DNA of 43,614 nucleotides from Octopus bimaculoides (GCF_001194135.2 NC_068987.1:96332173-96375786); one strand, 5' to 3'; counted from the first letter of the stretch, positions 11,883 through 25,060 are shown. Notes: a model not told the origin generated them from the letters alone. Translations and numbers: made by a program.

Positions 11883-13112
11883 TTTCTTTATTAGCCACAC
11901 AGGGCTCAACACAGAGGGGACAAAATACAAATGTAGAGTTTTTCTTTTCGAGGGGGTCGAAAACAAAGCAGAAAAAAAAACAAAAGTGGGGACAACGATG
12001 AAAAAANNNNNNNNNNNNNNNNNNNNNNNNNNNNNNNNNNNNNNNNNNNNNNNNNNNNNNNNNNNNNNNNNNNNNNNNNNNNNNNNNNNNNNNNNNNNNN
12101 NNNNNNNNNNNNNNNNNNNNNNNNNNNNNNNNNNNNNNNNNNNNNNNNNNNNNNNNNNNNNNNNNNNNNNNNNNNNNNNNNNNNNNNNNNNNNNNNNNNN
12201 NNNNNNNNNNNNNNNNNNNNNNNNNNNNNNNNNNNNNNNNNNNNNNNNNNNNNNNNNNNNNNNNNNNNNNNNNNNNNNNNNNNNNNNNNNNNNNNNNNNN
12301 NNNNNNNNNNNNNNNNNNNNNNNNNNNNNNNNNNNNNNNNNNNNNNNNNNNNNNNNNNNNNNNNNNNNNNNNNNNNNNNNNNNNNNNNNNNNNNNNNNNN
12401 NNNNNNNNNNNNNNNNNNNNNNNNNNNNNNNNNNNNNNNNNNNNNNNNNNNNNNNNNNNNNNNNNNNNNNNNNNNNNNNNNNNNNNNNNNNNNNNNNNNN
12501 NNNNNNNNNNNNNNNNNNNNNNNNNNNNNNNNNNNNNNNNNNNNNNNNNNNNNNNNNNNNNNNNNNNNNNNNNNNNNNNNNNNNNNNNNNNNNNNNNNNN
12601 NNNNNNNNNNNNNNNNNNNNNNNNNNNNNNNNNNNNNNNNNNNNNNNNNNNNNNNNNNNNNNNNNNNNNNNNNNNNNNNNNNNNNNNNNNNNNNNNNNNN
12701 NNNNNNNNNNNNNNNNNNNNNNNNNNNNNNNNNNNNNNNNNNNNNNNNNNNNNNNNNNNNNNNNNNNNNNNNNNNNNNNNNNNNNNNNNNNNNNNNNNNN
12801 NNNNNNNNNNNNNNNNNNNNNNNNNNNNNAGCGCTTCTCGGTAGCACTGCCAGGCCAGGGATCTCTGGAAGTTGTCCATAGGTCCCGGCCCGAAAGTCGT
12901 CCTGAACAGGCGGATCAGGTATTCCTCGTCGACGCCCAGGTTCGCCCCGAGATCGTCGTCGTACCTGCCCTCCACTAATCCCCTATAGAATGACTTCGTT
13001 GTGATGCAGCCGCTCAAGGTCGAGCCGGGACGGCAAAGTTGTTGCAGAGCAACGCGACACTCACGGTGCCATTCGCCATTCCTCGGCCTCTTTTTGATCC
13101 ACGAATGCAGCT
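11883..13112 (-). mobile_element. Tx1/L1-clade LINE, 5'-truncated 3' end spanning an N-gap
   Basis: GC-rich open frame at 12830-13112 (FYRGLVEGRYDDDLGANLGVDEEYLIRLFRTTFGPGPMDNFQRSLAWQCYREA) resembles the region leading into the zf-RVT domain of Tx1 ORF2. A T-rich 3' UTR with AATAAA at 11883-12006 lies across the gap. Linkage across the gap is inferred. Confidence 0.65.
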
Positions 13113-13322
13113 CGTCATCATCATTATCATTTAACATCTATTGCTGGCATGGGTGAGATGGTTTGACAGAATGGGGTCAGCTGGGGAGCTGCCCACATTC
13201 CATATCTGTTTTGGCATGGTTTCTAAGGCTGGACACCCTTCCTAACACCAACCACTTTGCAGAGTGTACTGGGTGCTTTTACACATCTTTTACACAGATG
13301 CTTTTACATGACACCAGCATGG
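13113..13322 (-). mobile_element. Repeat family B copy, degenerate
   Basis: tcatcatc...tttaacatc...gctggcatgggt...ttcctaacaccaaccactttgcagagtgtactgggtgctttt. Confidence 0.6.
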
Positions 13323-13384
13323 GTGCAAGATTAGGAAAGCTTAGCTGAAGAGGGATGAAAGAGACATGTCTGTATGCAAGGACG

Positions 13385-14215
13385 ACCACGTATTTACTTA
13401 ACTTGACATGTCTTCTCATGCACAGCAAACTGCCAGGAGCCTTGGTCCCACATCACCCCCTCTGACAGGCCCAACATCTGAAGATCCTTTCTCATCACTT
13501 CATCCCATATCTTCCAGGATCTATCCCTTCCACATATTCCCTTCACAATTAGAACTTGGCACTTCTTGATGCAACTATCTTCATTCATATGCATTACATG
13601 ACCGTGTAGTAACGCCGTGCGCATGCGTAGTCTCACGCATGCGTAGAATTAAACAAGCAAGCGTTCCCGCTCAATTCATTCTTTTTCTTGCTGGCCAGCG
13701 ATTGAGCATGGACGTGTTTTTGCTGTCTCTCACCATCTTTCGGACTTACACTCGACAGCTCGCTTACACCTACATAACAACGTCCCAACAACTATGCTCA
13801 CACAATCAGAAGCTGTAACAACAAGAGCTAAAGATGTATATATTTACCACCTAAATAAAATGTTGTTTAAGTTGATAGTCTGGAGTTCAGCGTTCCGTTA
13901 TATTCTATAATTTTATATAGGAAAGTCAGGTATACATCTAATGATGTATAACCGTACTAGCAGTCTTCTCTCTTGCACACTATATCTAATACCTTATATA
14001 CCCAGTTTTCCTCTCAAATCACTTACACTTTGTTGTATATGCACACTGACATTACCCATCCAATGAAGAATGCTGGCTTCATTTCTTTCAAGCCTTTGCA
14101 TTTCCTCAACAGTCACAGCAATCTTGTACACTTCTTAACACTTAATCATAGACATCACATAGCTAAGACACTCAAATTTGAAAGAAGGGTTAGGCCTTGC
14201 AATACTTGAATGTAA
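13385..14215 (-). mobile_element. RTE-clade LINE 3' fragment, split by the 13605-13950 insert
   Basis: (VQERRL.WY)GHVMHMNEDSCIKKC...GRDRSWKIWDEVMRKDLQMLGL; the reading continues across the insert. Confidence 0.8.
13605..13950 (+). mobile_element. Solo-LTR-like insertion with ACCG target-site duplication
   Basis: ACCG at 13601-13604 and 13951-13954. Starts TGTAG, ends GTATA (one mismatch from TG..CA); internal AATAAA; removing it rejoins the RTE sequence. Confidence 0.6.
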
Positions 14216-14567
14216 ATATGACTGAATATAAAGAAGTAAGACACAACATATTCAATGAGTGATTGACAGGAAAGGAAAATCTAGAAAAAATAATATGTTG
14301 ACATAAGTTTGTAAAAACAAGAAAGCCTGCCTTGAATGTTTGTTGGGGAATATTATGTACACACTTGATAAAAAAAAAACTTACACAAGCTATACAAACA
14401 TGTATACACACATACATACATATACTCATATATGCCTATACATATATATATGTATATATATATATATATATATAGTTGAAAATATGTGGAAAAAAATATA
14501 AAAAGTGGAGGAGAAATGCCTTCGTTTCATATAGTTTAATATCTTTTTATAAATATATACATATTAT

Positions 14568-17030
14568 ATGGATTTTCACAGCATCCCATACAGGACCAAA
14601 CACCCCTACAACTCATTCCAGCATAAACACCCACACCACATAATCACAACCAATTCACCTACACAACAATACTCCAACAATAGCAACTCTAACACTGAGA
14701 ACCCCCTCCAACCTAATTACAACAAACAACGTTTTTTAGACAGAGTAGAGAGACACAGGGACACGAGTTGGAACATATCTTACGGGAGAAACCCAAAATA
14801 ATCAATTTATCTAAGAAAACTCTCTCCACAACAAAAATCCATATTTTAGCTAAAGGTTTAAAATTTACACCCACTACCCGTAGACCCAATGCCAACGAAA
14901 TTAAAGATAATATTGCAGAATTCTGTAGAAAACTTCAATTGGCAGAAGCACTAACCAACTACAACAATGATGATGAATCACTAGTAAGAAACAAAAGTAA
15001 TTATCTACCACCCTAAGGAAGGAATAAAACACTAGACGACTTCTGCAACTATATGCAAAATTTTTCTCATACTATCTATAAACCAAAAATTGTACCTAAC
15101 TTCAACAACATACAATGGAAACACCTACTACAGTTAAAAAACGATAAAGACCTGACAATCAAAGAAGCAGTGCTGTAGTAGTGATGGACACAGAATACTA
15201 TAAAAACCTAGCATTGTCCATACTAGAAAATAACTCCTTTTATGAAAAAGTTGCAAATTATAGGCAGCAAAAAACTTTTAAAAATCTTGCAACTTTAACA
15301 CTCAAACATGGAAAAGGCCTGACAGAAAAAGAAAAAGACTACATCACAAACTTCAAATACAAACCAAGCCTTTTCTATGGCCTCCCCAAAATCTACAAGA
15401 GTCAAATAATTATTAATGCCTGCAAATCAAATCCAGGTTTATACATAAATATCCCAACACTAGGAGACTTAAAATTAAGGCCTATTATTGCTGGTCCAGC
15501 CTGTGAAACCCACCGCCTAAGCAACTTTCTGGACATACTTTGAAACCTTTCCTCAAATACATTAAAAGTTTCATTAGAGACGATCTGGACATGCTAGAGC
15601 ATCTACCAAAAACCACCAACGAAGAAGCTCTATTAGTCTCCATCGATGTCATCAACTTCTACACTAACATTCCACATGACTATGGAATAGAAGCAATAAA
15701 ATTCTGGTTAGAAAAATACCCCGAAATTCTCCAGGACTGCATAAACCAGATTTTTGTCATTGAATCTCTGAAGTTCATCCTACAAAACAATTACTTCCTA
15801 TTCGATACAACATACTACCACCAAAAATATGGTATTGCGATGGGAACAAAAGCAGCGCCTGTCCTTGCGAACCTAATAATGGGTTTCTTTGAATCTACCC
15901 TATATGAACTTTTGCTCCAAAAATTTGGAACCCCATTCTACCAGTATAGAAGAGAAAACTGGAAAAGGTACCTAGACAATTGTTTTATCATCTGGAATGA
16001 AACCTATGATAAATTCCTGGATTTCAAATCCACACTGAACAATATAAACCCCAACATCCAATTTACAATGGAATATAGCAAGGAACAGCTCCCATTTCTG
16101 GACATTTTGATTTTTAAAAAGTCCAACAACCAAATTGTAACCGACATTTACTACAAACCAACAGACTCAAAACAGTATCTCCTTTTCAGTTCATGCCATC
16201 CTAAACACACCAAATAAATATCCCATTCAATCGAGCAAAAAGGATCTGTACAATTGTATCTGACACAACCACTTAGGAACTTTGCCTACAAGAACTTAAC
16301 ACTCATTGAACATCAATACCCACCTACACTTATAGAACATACAATTAAACATGCCAAGAAATTGGACACAAACACGCTAAGGACAACAAAACAAAACACC
16401 ACACCTCACCTTAAATCACTCCCATACATATCAACCCACAGCCCCAGAAACAATGAAGCATACAACACAATTATACACAATCTCCCTCTGCTCACTCAAG
16501 ACCCGAAAATGAACAACATCTTACATACACACAAACTACTAAAATGCAAAAGACAAGACAAATCATTCAAGAGACTCCTAACAAATGCAAAACTATACTC
16601 AATACAAACGATACCAACGGTTAAAAAATGCAGACGACCTAATCGTGGTACATGCCTATACCTAACTGAAGGCTTGGAATTCATATTCCAGCAAGGACAA
16701 AAATTCTCAATTAAGACCAACTTCACATGTGCTTCCCAGAACTTTATCTATGTCCTAACCTGCTCAGGTTGTGGTCACAATTATGTGGGCCAAACAAGTC
16801 TTACTTTGAGATGCGGAGTCACACTGTATAAAGAACAGATTCGTTTCCCTCAATACAGGCAGATAGCACAGAGCAGACATATTGACAGATGTGCAAGTAA
16901 TAAAACGCCGAATTTTCATATCTTCGCATTATACCAGCGCAAAAATTCAATCACAGTACAAGAATGCCTAAACAAGGAAAACCTGTTCATATAAAAGTAC
17001 AGATCACACCTCAATATACAAATTTGACCA
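14568..17030 (+). mobile_element. Penelope-like retroelement, near full-length ORF, decayed (RT + GIY-YIG endonuclease)
   Basis: Consecutive ORF pieces 14768-15016, 15181-15543, 15540-16217, 16254-16994: LAKGLKFTPT, FYGLPKIYK, LRPIIAG, VSIDVINFYTNIP, GIAMGTKAAPVLANLIMG, WKRYLDNCF, LPFLDILI, IYVLTCSGCGHNYVGQT. Broken by stops and frameshifts; element ends approximate. Confidence 0.92.
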
Positions 17031-18759
17031 TTTAAAAAATTATACTAAGGAGCCAGTTGTCCACCTTGCCACCTGTTGCTTCCCTTGGTTCACTCTCTAG
17101 ACTCATTCTTATTTTTCAAACATCCAAAATGATGAGACCCCTCTGTCATGAGAATTGATTACTGTACAATGTCTCTGGAAAAGAGTAATGCCTGTTACCA
17201 TCTTCAAATTCTCATAGATCTGTTATTTTAAAGACAACTATAATAGGTGAATCTCCAGCTGTATTTAAAACATATATATCCTGACTTTGTTAAAAAATAT
17301 TTATTTGTGACAGAGGCAGTATTAATACTGAGATAATATTTATCCTCAATATACTTAAACGTGGATACTCTGTTAGAACAAATTATACTGCAGTAATTGC
17401 TAAGAGAGAAACTCTCATATTGGCTTTTGGTGCATTTTGCACTCTTGTTTATATTGTTAGTGGGGAGATAAATCCTGCTACCTCCAGCTCATGTGATTTC
17501 AACCTTCCTTGGTTTTGTCAATGATAGATGCTCAACTGCTAGAGATAGCAGTGATTTTGACTGTAATTACTTACCAACCTTCTGGCTGATATGTCATTTT
17601 TGTTAGGTCTATTCTCCAAAGGTCTGTTTTCCTATCTGATTCCAATAATCTTCCATCCAACCCTTCACACCTTCAAGCCTTTATTTACTCAATAACAATA
17701 ATGTTTTGAGTTAGGCATAACTGTGTGGTTAATTCCATTGTACAGCACTTTGAGTATATCTTGTACTCAGAAGTTGATTATTGCTTTGCGATAGATCATC
17801 AGCCTATCCAAAGGACATTTCACATCTTGGCTGCTTAACAGCACTTAAAGAAAAACAGAAACAGAATTAAGCATCAGCTGAGCTGATCACGAAATTTGGT
17901 GAAAGGGTTAACTTGACTAAGTGGACAAACACTGGATTGTCCATGGACCATATGTATGTTCAGACTCAAGAGGTTATATCAACAGCAGTTGTGTTCCTCA
18001 TCAAGACTATCAAACTGCAACAATTACTTTAGCGTAAGGATGCAAAGGTGGAGAGAACTATATAATTGATTGAATTAATATCAGCATATGATAGGTATTG
18101 ATTTGATCGACCTTGTAAGGAAGAAAGATCAAGTTCATCCAAATAAGATTTTAATTCAGAACACAGAATGACAAAACTGAACATTGTAAATTATTTGGTC
18201 CTACTCTGTATGCTTCAGAATGTCATTGTTGTCATTATTGTCACAATCATTTTACATCCCTTTCCAGGTTAGTATGGCTTGGATAAGGTATCATAGTCTA
18301 AGTTTTTCTTCAGTGATATTGCCCTCTTAGGTGAGTCAGAGGATCATGTTTTGTTCTTTCGTTCCAGTTTTTGACATGGTTTCTATAACTGAGTGCTCTG
18401 ACACCAACTACTTTATAGTATTTTAGCACATTTTATATTGGCACCAGAACTTGAAAGGTTGTCATACTCTCTGCTAGACAAAAGAGTCCTTTCTATCTAA
18501 GAGTGTCTCTGCTTCATTCACCAACCACTTTATAGAGTGTACTAGGTGTATTTTATCATGAAAACAGCACTAACGATGTCTTGTAACATACAAAACTAAA
18601 GTACTGAACAAAAAAGAATTACATTGCTTGTATGATGGTGGCACTTGTTTACAACCATCATGAAATGTCATAAAAGAATGCAAACACACACACATATTAC
18701 ATGACAGTTTCTGTCTTTTGAATCCACTCATGAGGCCTGGGGCTAGAGTAGAAGCCACA

Positions 18760-19440
18760 AGCCTCAAGGTGCTGCACTTGTGCCTATCCATGCCTGAATC
18801 TCTCTAGAAATATGGCATCCATAGAATCTCTTCCAAGCACAAAACCAACTAATTCTTTTCCTCAACAATTTTGCTATAGTTCTTTTCATAACTTCCATAA
18901 CCTGGTTCAACAACAACTTCATACCTCGCTTTAATGCACAACCTTTGCACTTGTACAATATCTACAATGATAATTGTATGCTAATCATTTGGTAGTGTAC
19001 ATCATGTGCCATTTGAATGACTCTGCATGTAAATACCTTGTATCTAACACTTCAAGCTAGTTTAAGCACCTCAGCAACTATTTCTAATGAACCAGCTACT
19101 TTTCCTACCTTCATCTCTTGAATTGTGTTACTATACAGCTGTTAACACCTCTGTTGGGTTTACCTTAGAGAAACTCTTTTTGTTATATACCATCTTCATT
19201 CAGAAACCTCTTGTAAGAGCATTTCCAGTAAGAACACGTGCTGTAATCCTTATCTACTCACCTACTGCCTTGCAATCTAGTACACACCATATATTTGATC
19301 CTTATAACTAGCGTCTATCTTAGTTATCTAGTATAGTCCTCTACTACTCACTCACTTCTAGTCTTTCCAGGCCCGACTGTTTCTGAGGTTCTATCTACAG
19401 TACTAAACCACTGTCATGTCTTTAGATCTTCGTTGAACAT
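18760..19440 (-). mobile_element. RTE-clade LINE fragment, highly degenerate
   Basis: Similar by eye to the 1040-1500 relic and to RTE ORF2 segments; no intact frame. Confidence 0.45.
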
Positions 19441-21529
19441 TGATTAAGTCACAAATCAAATTTGTAGCCCTTAGCAAGTTGACTTGTGGGAATTCCCAGT
19501 TGTCTTGTATTTTAGTGGACAACTAAAGATTGAACAGCAGGAGAAATCTGTAGAGAAAGAAATCCAATCAAACAAGTGTTTTGGCCCATTTGTTCCTAAC
19601 ACTCTAAGGGAGCCAGGCCCACCTAGATAGTGACCGTCTGCTGTTATTTAAAACCCCACTTTTGTAGGGGTTGAATGTGAAACCTCTGAGTGAGATTATT
19701 GCTCAACCATACAAACCACTGCATGAACTTGCAGTTTATGTATTTTATATGTCACCATCTCTTCATGTCTTTCATCAAATGCTTCAGTTTATTTCTCCGA
19801 ACCTCTGAAAATTCAATGGTTTTTCTTAAATAATGATGATGATGGTGGTGCTAGTGATGAATATGATGCTTTTCTTCTCTGAATCTCTAATGTCTCTGAG
19901 TCAATCTAGCTCTTATTCAGAAATCAATAACCACTAATTTATGCTCATCAATAATCACTAGTTTATTCATCCTTCACCATAGAAAGAAAACATTTACAAT
20001 CATCTGTCTATTCTGCTTTCTGTGGAGAATGAAGACTGTCTAGTTTGTAGTAAGTAATCAAGTTGCTTGTTGGTTTCCTGAAGTTAATGTTGCAAATGGG
20101 TGGATCATTTGTGTTACAGAACACAGCCTTGATCCTTCTTCTTACATCATACCATAGCCACTGCCTCCATGTACACATAAAACTACCAGAAAGCTAAAAA
20201 ACAAATTAAATTGAAGTAGCTTCTATGTAGTTACTTGATATATTTCATTTTACTATTGTTATAATCATCTTATTTCTTATGGCGGTTGCTCATCATCAAT
20301 TAATGTCCATGAGTTGGTTGGTTACACAGGATCCGGTGAATCACAGAGCTGCATCATGCTCCATGTCAGTTGGCATGGTCTCTGTGATTGGATGCCCTTC
20401 CTCATGTCAGCCACTTTACAATGTATACTGGATGTGTTCCCCCCCCCCCCCAGCACCAGTGGGGTTGCCAAGTAGCTTGCAAGACAAGAAGAAGAAGAAA
20501 AGAAATAAGCAGGGGGGACCCTTGACTAAAAGGAGGAGTATTTGAGAGTGTAGAGAAGAAATTTTATAAAATTTTTTTTATGAAATTAATAAAATAAACA
20601 AAATCTTTCTTGCTAATTATCACATTTTTTAAAGAGGGTTGCACAATCAGTACAGCACCAGACAAAATGCTTTCCAGTATTTATTTAAGTTTTTTAATGT
20701 TCCAAGTTCAAATCTTGCTTATGTTGATTTACCTTTCATCTTTCCATAGGACAGGCGAGGTGGAGTGATAAAGCACCAGTCAAATACTAGGGAGTGAATA
20801 TTAGCTACTCTATCCACAGCATTCCATATTTGTGTGGCCTTGTATCTAAGTTAGACACCATTATTATCTTATTTTTAAGTAGATAAAATAAGTGGAGGAA
20901 AGACTGAATCTGTTGCCTGGTTAAATGCCACTACCAGGGTCATGGATGCCTCTAAATAGAGTTCATTCTGTGACAAGCATCGAATCCAGGTCTCTAGTTT
21001 GAGAAAAGCTTCCTCCCATCAGTCTTGGAGGCCCTGAAAATAGATTATGGAGGCTACTTTTCTGTCTTTGAATAATCAATAAAGAAATATCTCTATGGGT
21101 TGATGATGGGAAAAAAATCCTGCAGCAGACTGGCATCCCATTCTGGAGGAATATTCTTATGTCAGTCAATTATATGCTATGGAAACTGGATAACTGGTCC
21201 TAAACATCCTGGAATCTAAAAACAGTAATGTCCAGAGGGGGGGGGGGGGATGGTTATGATGAGTCAAGTTCCAGGGTCGATTAAATTGACAACACCTTTC
21301 TACTAAAAGTTGTGGGCTTCTCACTATGTTAAAAACCACTCTTGTTTCCAGGGTAATAGATTGACAGAATTGGTAGAATGTCAGAGAAAATGTCTTGTGG
21401 TATTTAGATAAGGACCTTTATTATCTGAATTCAATTCCTGCCAAGTTTGAGTCTTTGCATTCTTTCATGGATCAAAAAATGTATGATGGTTGGATAGAAA
21501 TGAAACAAGCATGCTTCTTCACTGGATAT

Positions 21530-21885
21530 TTAATGTTAATGTCTATGGGTGATGTGGTATGGCTGAACTGAGAAATAAGCTGGGTGTAAGAGTAATCAGA
21601 TTCAGTAATGTGCAAGAGAGATAACTGCATTGATACAGACATGTATTAATGTGCATGAACTATAACAGGTAGGTAAAGAAATGCCAGAAGCTCCATATCT
21701 AAGGAATCTATGGAAGAAAAGAGACCAAAGAAGACACGAGCATAAGAGATGAAAGATGACCTCCAGATGTTGAATCTCATGAAAGAGACGGCAAAGGAAA
21801 TCAACAAGTGGTGAAACACCATGCTGGAAAGGACACTTCTAACCCAGGCAAACGTGGAGAAGTAGATGTGAAAATTATGATGAGT
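21530..21885 (+). mobile_element. RTE-clade LINE 3' end, degenerate
   Basis: gaactgagaaataagctgggtgtaagag...gtgcaagagagataactgcattgatac... (RRLRWYGHV equivalent), ending in a decayed aacccatgc-agcatgga...atgatga tail. Confidence 0.6.
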
Positions 21886-22204
21886 GTTTATATCTTATAT
21901 GTCTACAACATTCTCCAATATAGCCTCATTTTCAAATGGTATGGAGTAACATTAGGGGTATTTGGCATGGCTATTTCAAATAAGCCAAGTAACTTTCCCT
22001 CAGAATTTGTGGATCTGTTCTAATATGAAGAAGAAATAAAACCTGAAACCTAATAAAGTAAAGTTAATAGATTTGTGGACCTTGCATGAGAAGAGGCACA
22101 GATCAACCACTGAACTCAATGTTTCAGCAAAATCGCCTTTGAAATGTGCCATTTTCCCATGCTTACATAAGCTTAGGTGAGATAATTTGATTATAGAGCA
22201 ACTG

Positions 22205-22577
22205 ATTTTACAGTTTGAAATCATAGTCATGGCCAATGCCAGTGCTGGTGGCACGTAAAAAGCACCGTTTGAGAGTTGAACCTCACGGAAGTAATAACAG
22301 ACCGTTGGTAATATAACATGCTTATGTAGACCTGTGAAGCTAAGTGAGTTCATAGTCATAGCCAATGCTGGTGTCACATCAATGGCATCTGTGCTGGTGG
22401 CACGTAAAAAGCATCCACTACACTCTTTGAGTGGTTGGCATTAGGAAGGGCTTCTAGCTGTAGAAACCTTGCCAAATCAGATTAGAACCTGGTGCAGCTC
22501 CACAGCTTACCAGTTTTCAGTCAAACTGTCCAGCCCATGCCAGCATGGAAAGCGGACATTAAATGATGATGATGATG
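22205..22577 (+). mobile_element. Repeat family B copy
   Basis: Same body and tail as 1-342, ending gatgatgatgatg. Confidence 0.75.
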
Positions 22578-22859
22578 AAAATGGCCCATCTACCGCTAAC
22601 CACTTGACTATAAACTAAGTGAAGAAAAACTGGAATAAACATGGTAACAATGAGTATGGGTCACAGATTTAACAAAATGGCTGCACATATTGGAATAAAT
22701 GATTGATGTGAATAAATGACCACAGCCATTGAATAGCTACAAATAAAAGAGAAAAAAAAATCAAAGAAGGAAGAAACAATAAAAATGAAACAGTAACAAC
22801 CACAACTACAAAAAGGAAAATAAGAACAATCTGTAAGTTACTTTAATTATGGAAACAGG

Positions 22860-22866
22860 TGTGTAT

Positions 22867-22898
<32 letters not shown>

Positions 22899-23229
22899 GC
22901 ATGTGTGTATACATATATGTGTGTGTGTGTATACATACTCACACACATATATATATACAGCATGTATGTATGTATACATGTCTTTTACTTGTTTCAGTCA
23001 CTGGACTGTAAGTAGCCATGTATACACACTTATATGAATGAATGTATACATGCCTACATACATACTTATGTGCATGTATGTATACATACATATACACACA
23101 CATATATATATATATGTAATATATATGTATATGTATACATATGTATGAATGCATATGTGTATATGTATTTGTTTCTGCATTCATGAATTAGATAGACATA
23201 TATATTTACATATTTGCATACATGTGTGA

Positions 23230-23264
<35 letters not shown>

Positions 23265-23355
23265 CACACACACACATATATATACACGTGTTTACATGTT
23301 TGCACCATGTGTGCATATACATATATCTATCTATAGGTATGTGTATCTATGAATG

Positions 23356-23413
<58 letters not shown>

Positions 23414-23483
23414 CACACACACATACATGTGCATGCACACACAATGTGCATACACATATACAAATTTATATATATATATATAT
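22860..23483. repeat. (CA/TA)n-rich microsatellite tract downstream of the ASB stop
   Basis: Read directly from the sequence. Confidence 0.9.
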
Positions 23484-23641
23484 AATCTCATTTAAAAATT
23501 GGTGTGGTCTCTTAGTGGCATTGTAAAATCTGGTGGTAGGGATGAGGATGGGGTTTAAAATGGGTGGTGGGTAAAAGTGAGGGTAGAAGTCTCTGTGTGG
23601 CATTTTAAAATTAGAAAGCTGGTACATTGTACAATACTCTA

Positions 23642-24172
23642 TCACCAGCCAGTTTTGTAAATATGCGGACTGTCTATTTTCAGCTCTTCAACCATGCAAA
23701 TGTAATCTTTGTGGCTGGGTGCAAGCTTCTCAATTGTATCCAGCTTAGCACGAGGATTCACTCCCAGCTGGTGCCGTATAACAACCCGGCAGATCTCCAT
23801 TAGTGAGCGAGGGTATTTGTGCGCTTTCTGCATCAGTTCTGCTATCTGGATTTTCATATCTTTAGTAAAGAGGGAAGAAATGACGGAAGATGTGTTAATC
23901 AGAGTTTCGATGGTTTTCACTGTTTTAGTCGGAATATTCTGGTAGCACTTAATAAGCAGTTTGATCATATCAATGTTTTTGTTGACTGTGACTGAGTAGA
24001 AGGGTTCCTGCACAAAAAAGGGGCTGTCATCATCGTCTGCTTCTAATTGCAGTAACAATGGGAAACTGGTATGAGCGTTGAGATCACATCCGTACATAAG
24101 AAGTAGCTTCACCATATTCATGGAGTCAAGTGAGCAGGCAAGCTGAACTGGTGTTTGTCCAACATTATTCAT
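23642..24172 (-). CDS. ASB-like protein, terminal coding exon with SOCS box
   Basis: Acceptor ttttccAG at 24174-24173, then MNNVGQTPVQLACSLDSMNMVKLLLMYGCDLN (ankyrin) and PRSLMEICRVVIRHQLGVNPRAKLDTIEKLAPSHKDYI (SOCS-box pattern P.SL..lCR..IR..L...L.P...YI). TGA at 23644-23642. Confidence 0.93.
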   Translation of the reverse strand: MNNVGQTPVQLACSLDSMNMVKLLLMYGCDLNAHTSFPLLLQLEADDDDSPFFVQEPFYSVTVNKNIDMIKLLIKCYQNIPTKTVKTIETLINTSSVISSLFTKDMKIQIAELMQKAHKYPRSLMEICRVVIRHQLGVNPRAKLDTIEKLAPSHKDYICMVEELKIDSPHIYKTGW

Positions 24173-24189
24173 CTGGAAAATAAAACAAG

Positions 24190-25060
24190 ATAATAATAAT
24201 AACAACAATAATAATGATAATGGTTTAAAATTTTGGTACAAGGCCAACAATTTCAGGAGAGGTAATAAGTTAATTACATCAACCCCAATACTCAACTGGT
24301 ATTTATTTTATCAACCCTGAAAGGATGAAAGGCAAAGTTAACCTAAGCAGAGTTTGAACTCAGAACATGAAGACAGAAGAAATGCCGCTAAGCATTATCG
24401 CCCGGCATGCCAACAATTCTGCCAGCTTGTTGCCTTGACAATAATAATAATAATGATCATGATGGTTTCAAATTTTGACACAAGGCCAGCAATTTTACAA
24501 GAGAAGAAAGTTGATTACATTCACTTCAGTGTTCAAATAGCATTTATTTTATGAACCCTGAAAGGATTAAAGGAAAAGTCAACCTCGATGGAATGCAATC
24601 CCAGGATATAAACATGGATGAAATGCCCCTAACCATTTTGTTTGGCACACAAAAGATTCTGCCAGCTCACCACCTTAATAACAATAATAATAATAATCCT
24701 TTCTACTAAAAGCACAAGGCCTGAAATTTGGGGGGAGGGGACTAGTTGATTACTGTGACCCCAGTGTTTCACTGGTACTTAATTTATTGACCCTGGAAGG
24801 ATGAAAGGCAAAGTCAACCTCAGCAGAATAATGATAATAATAGTAATATTTTCTACTATTGGCACAAGGCCTGAAATTTGGGAGAGGGGGATAGTCGATT
24901 TCAGCGAAATCAGTACTCAACTGGTACTTATTCTATCAACCCTGAAAGGATGAAAGGCAAAGTCAACCTCAGTGGAATTTGAACTCAGAATGTAAAGATG
25001 GATGAAATACCACTAAGCATTTTGCCTGGCATGCTAACGACTCTGCCAGTTTGCCACCTT
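24190..25060 (-). mobile_element. Cluster of about four tandem SINE A2 copies
   Basis: Repeated gaaaggatgaaaggcaaagtcaacctc...tttgaactcag units, each preceded on + by (AAT)n and cacaaggcc-gaaattt; units start near 24190, 24440, 24680 and 24835. Confidence 0.8.

Noticed and set aside
11508-13137. 525-aa and other long ORFs spanning N-runs (also 2925-3392, 29663-30310, 33752-34460, 39665-40266)
   Set aside because: Length comes from N-gaps and microsatellites; only the short LINE/transposase portions are meaningful.
14480-14560. Possible hammerhead/pLTR upstream of the Penelope ORF (GAAACG on the minus strand)
   Set aside because: No CUGANGA box or pairing stems found.
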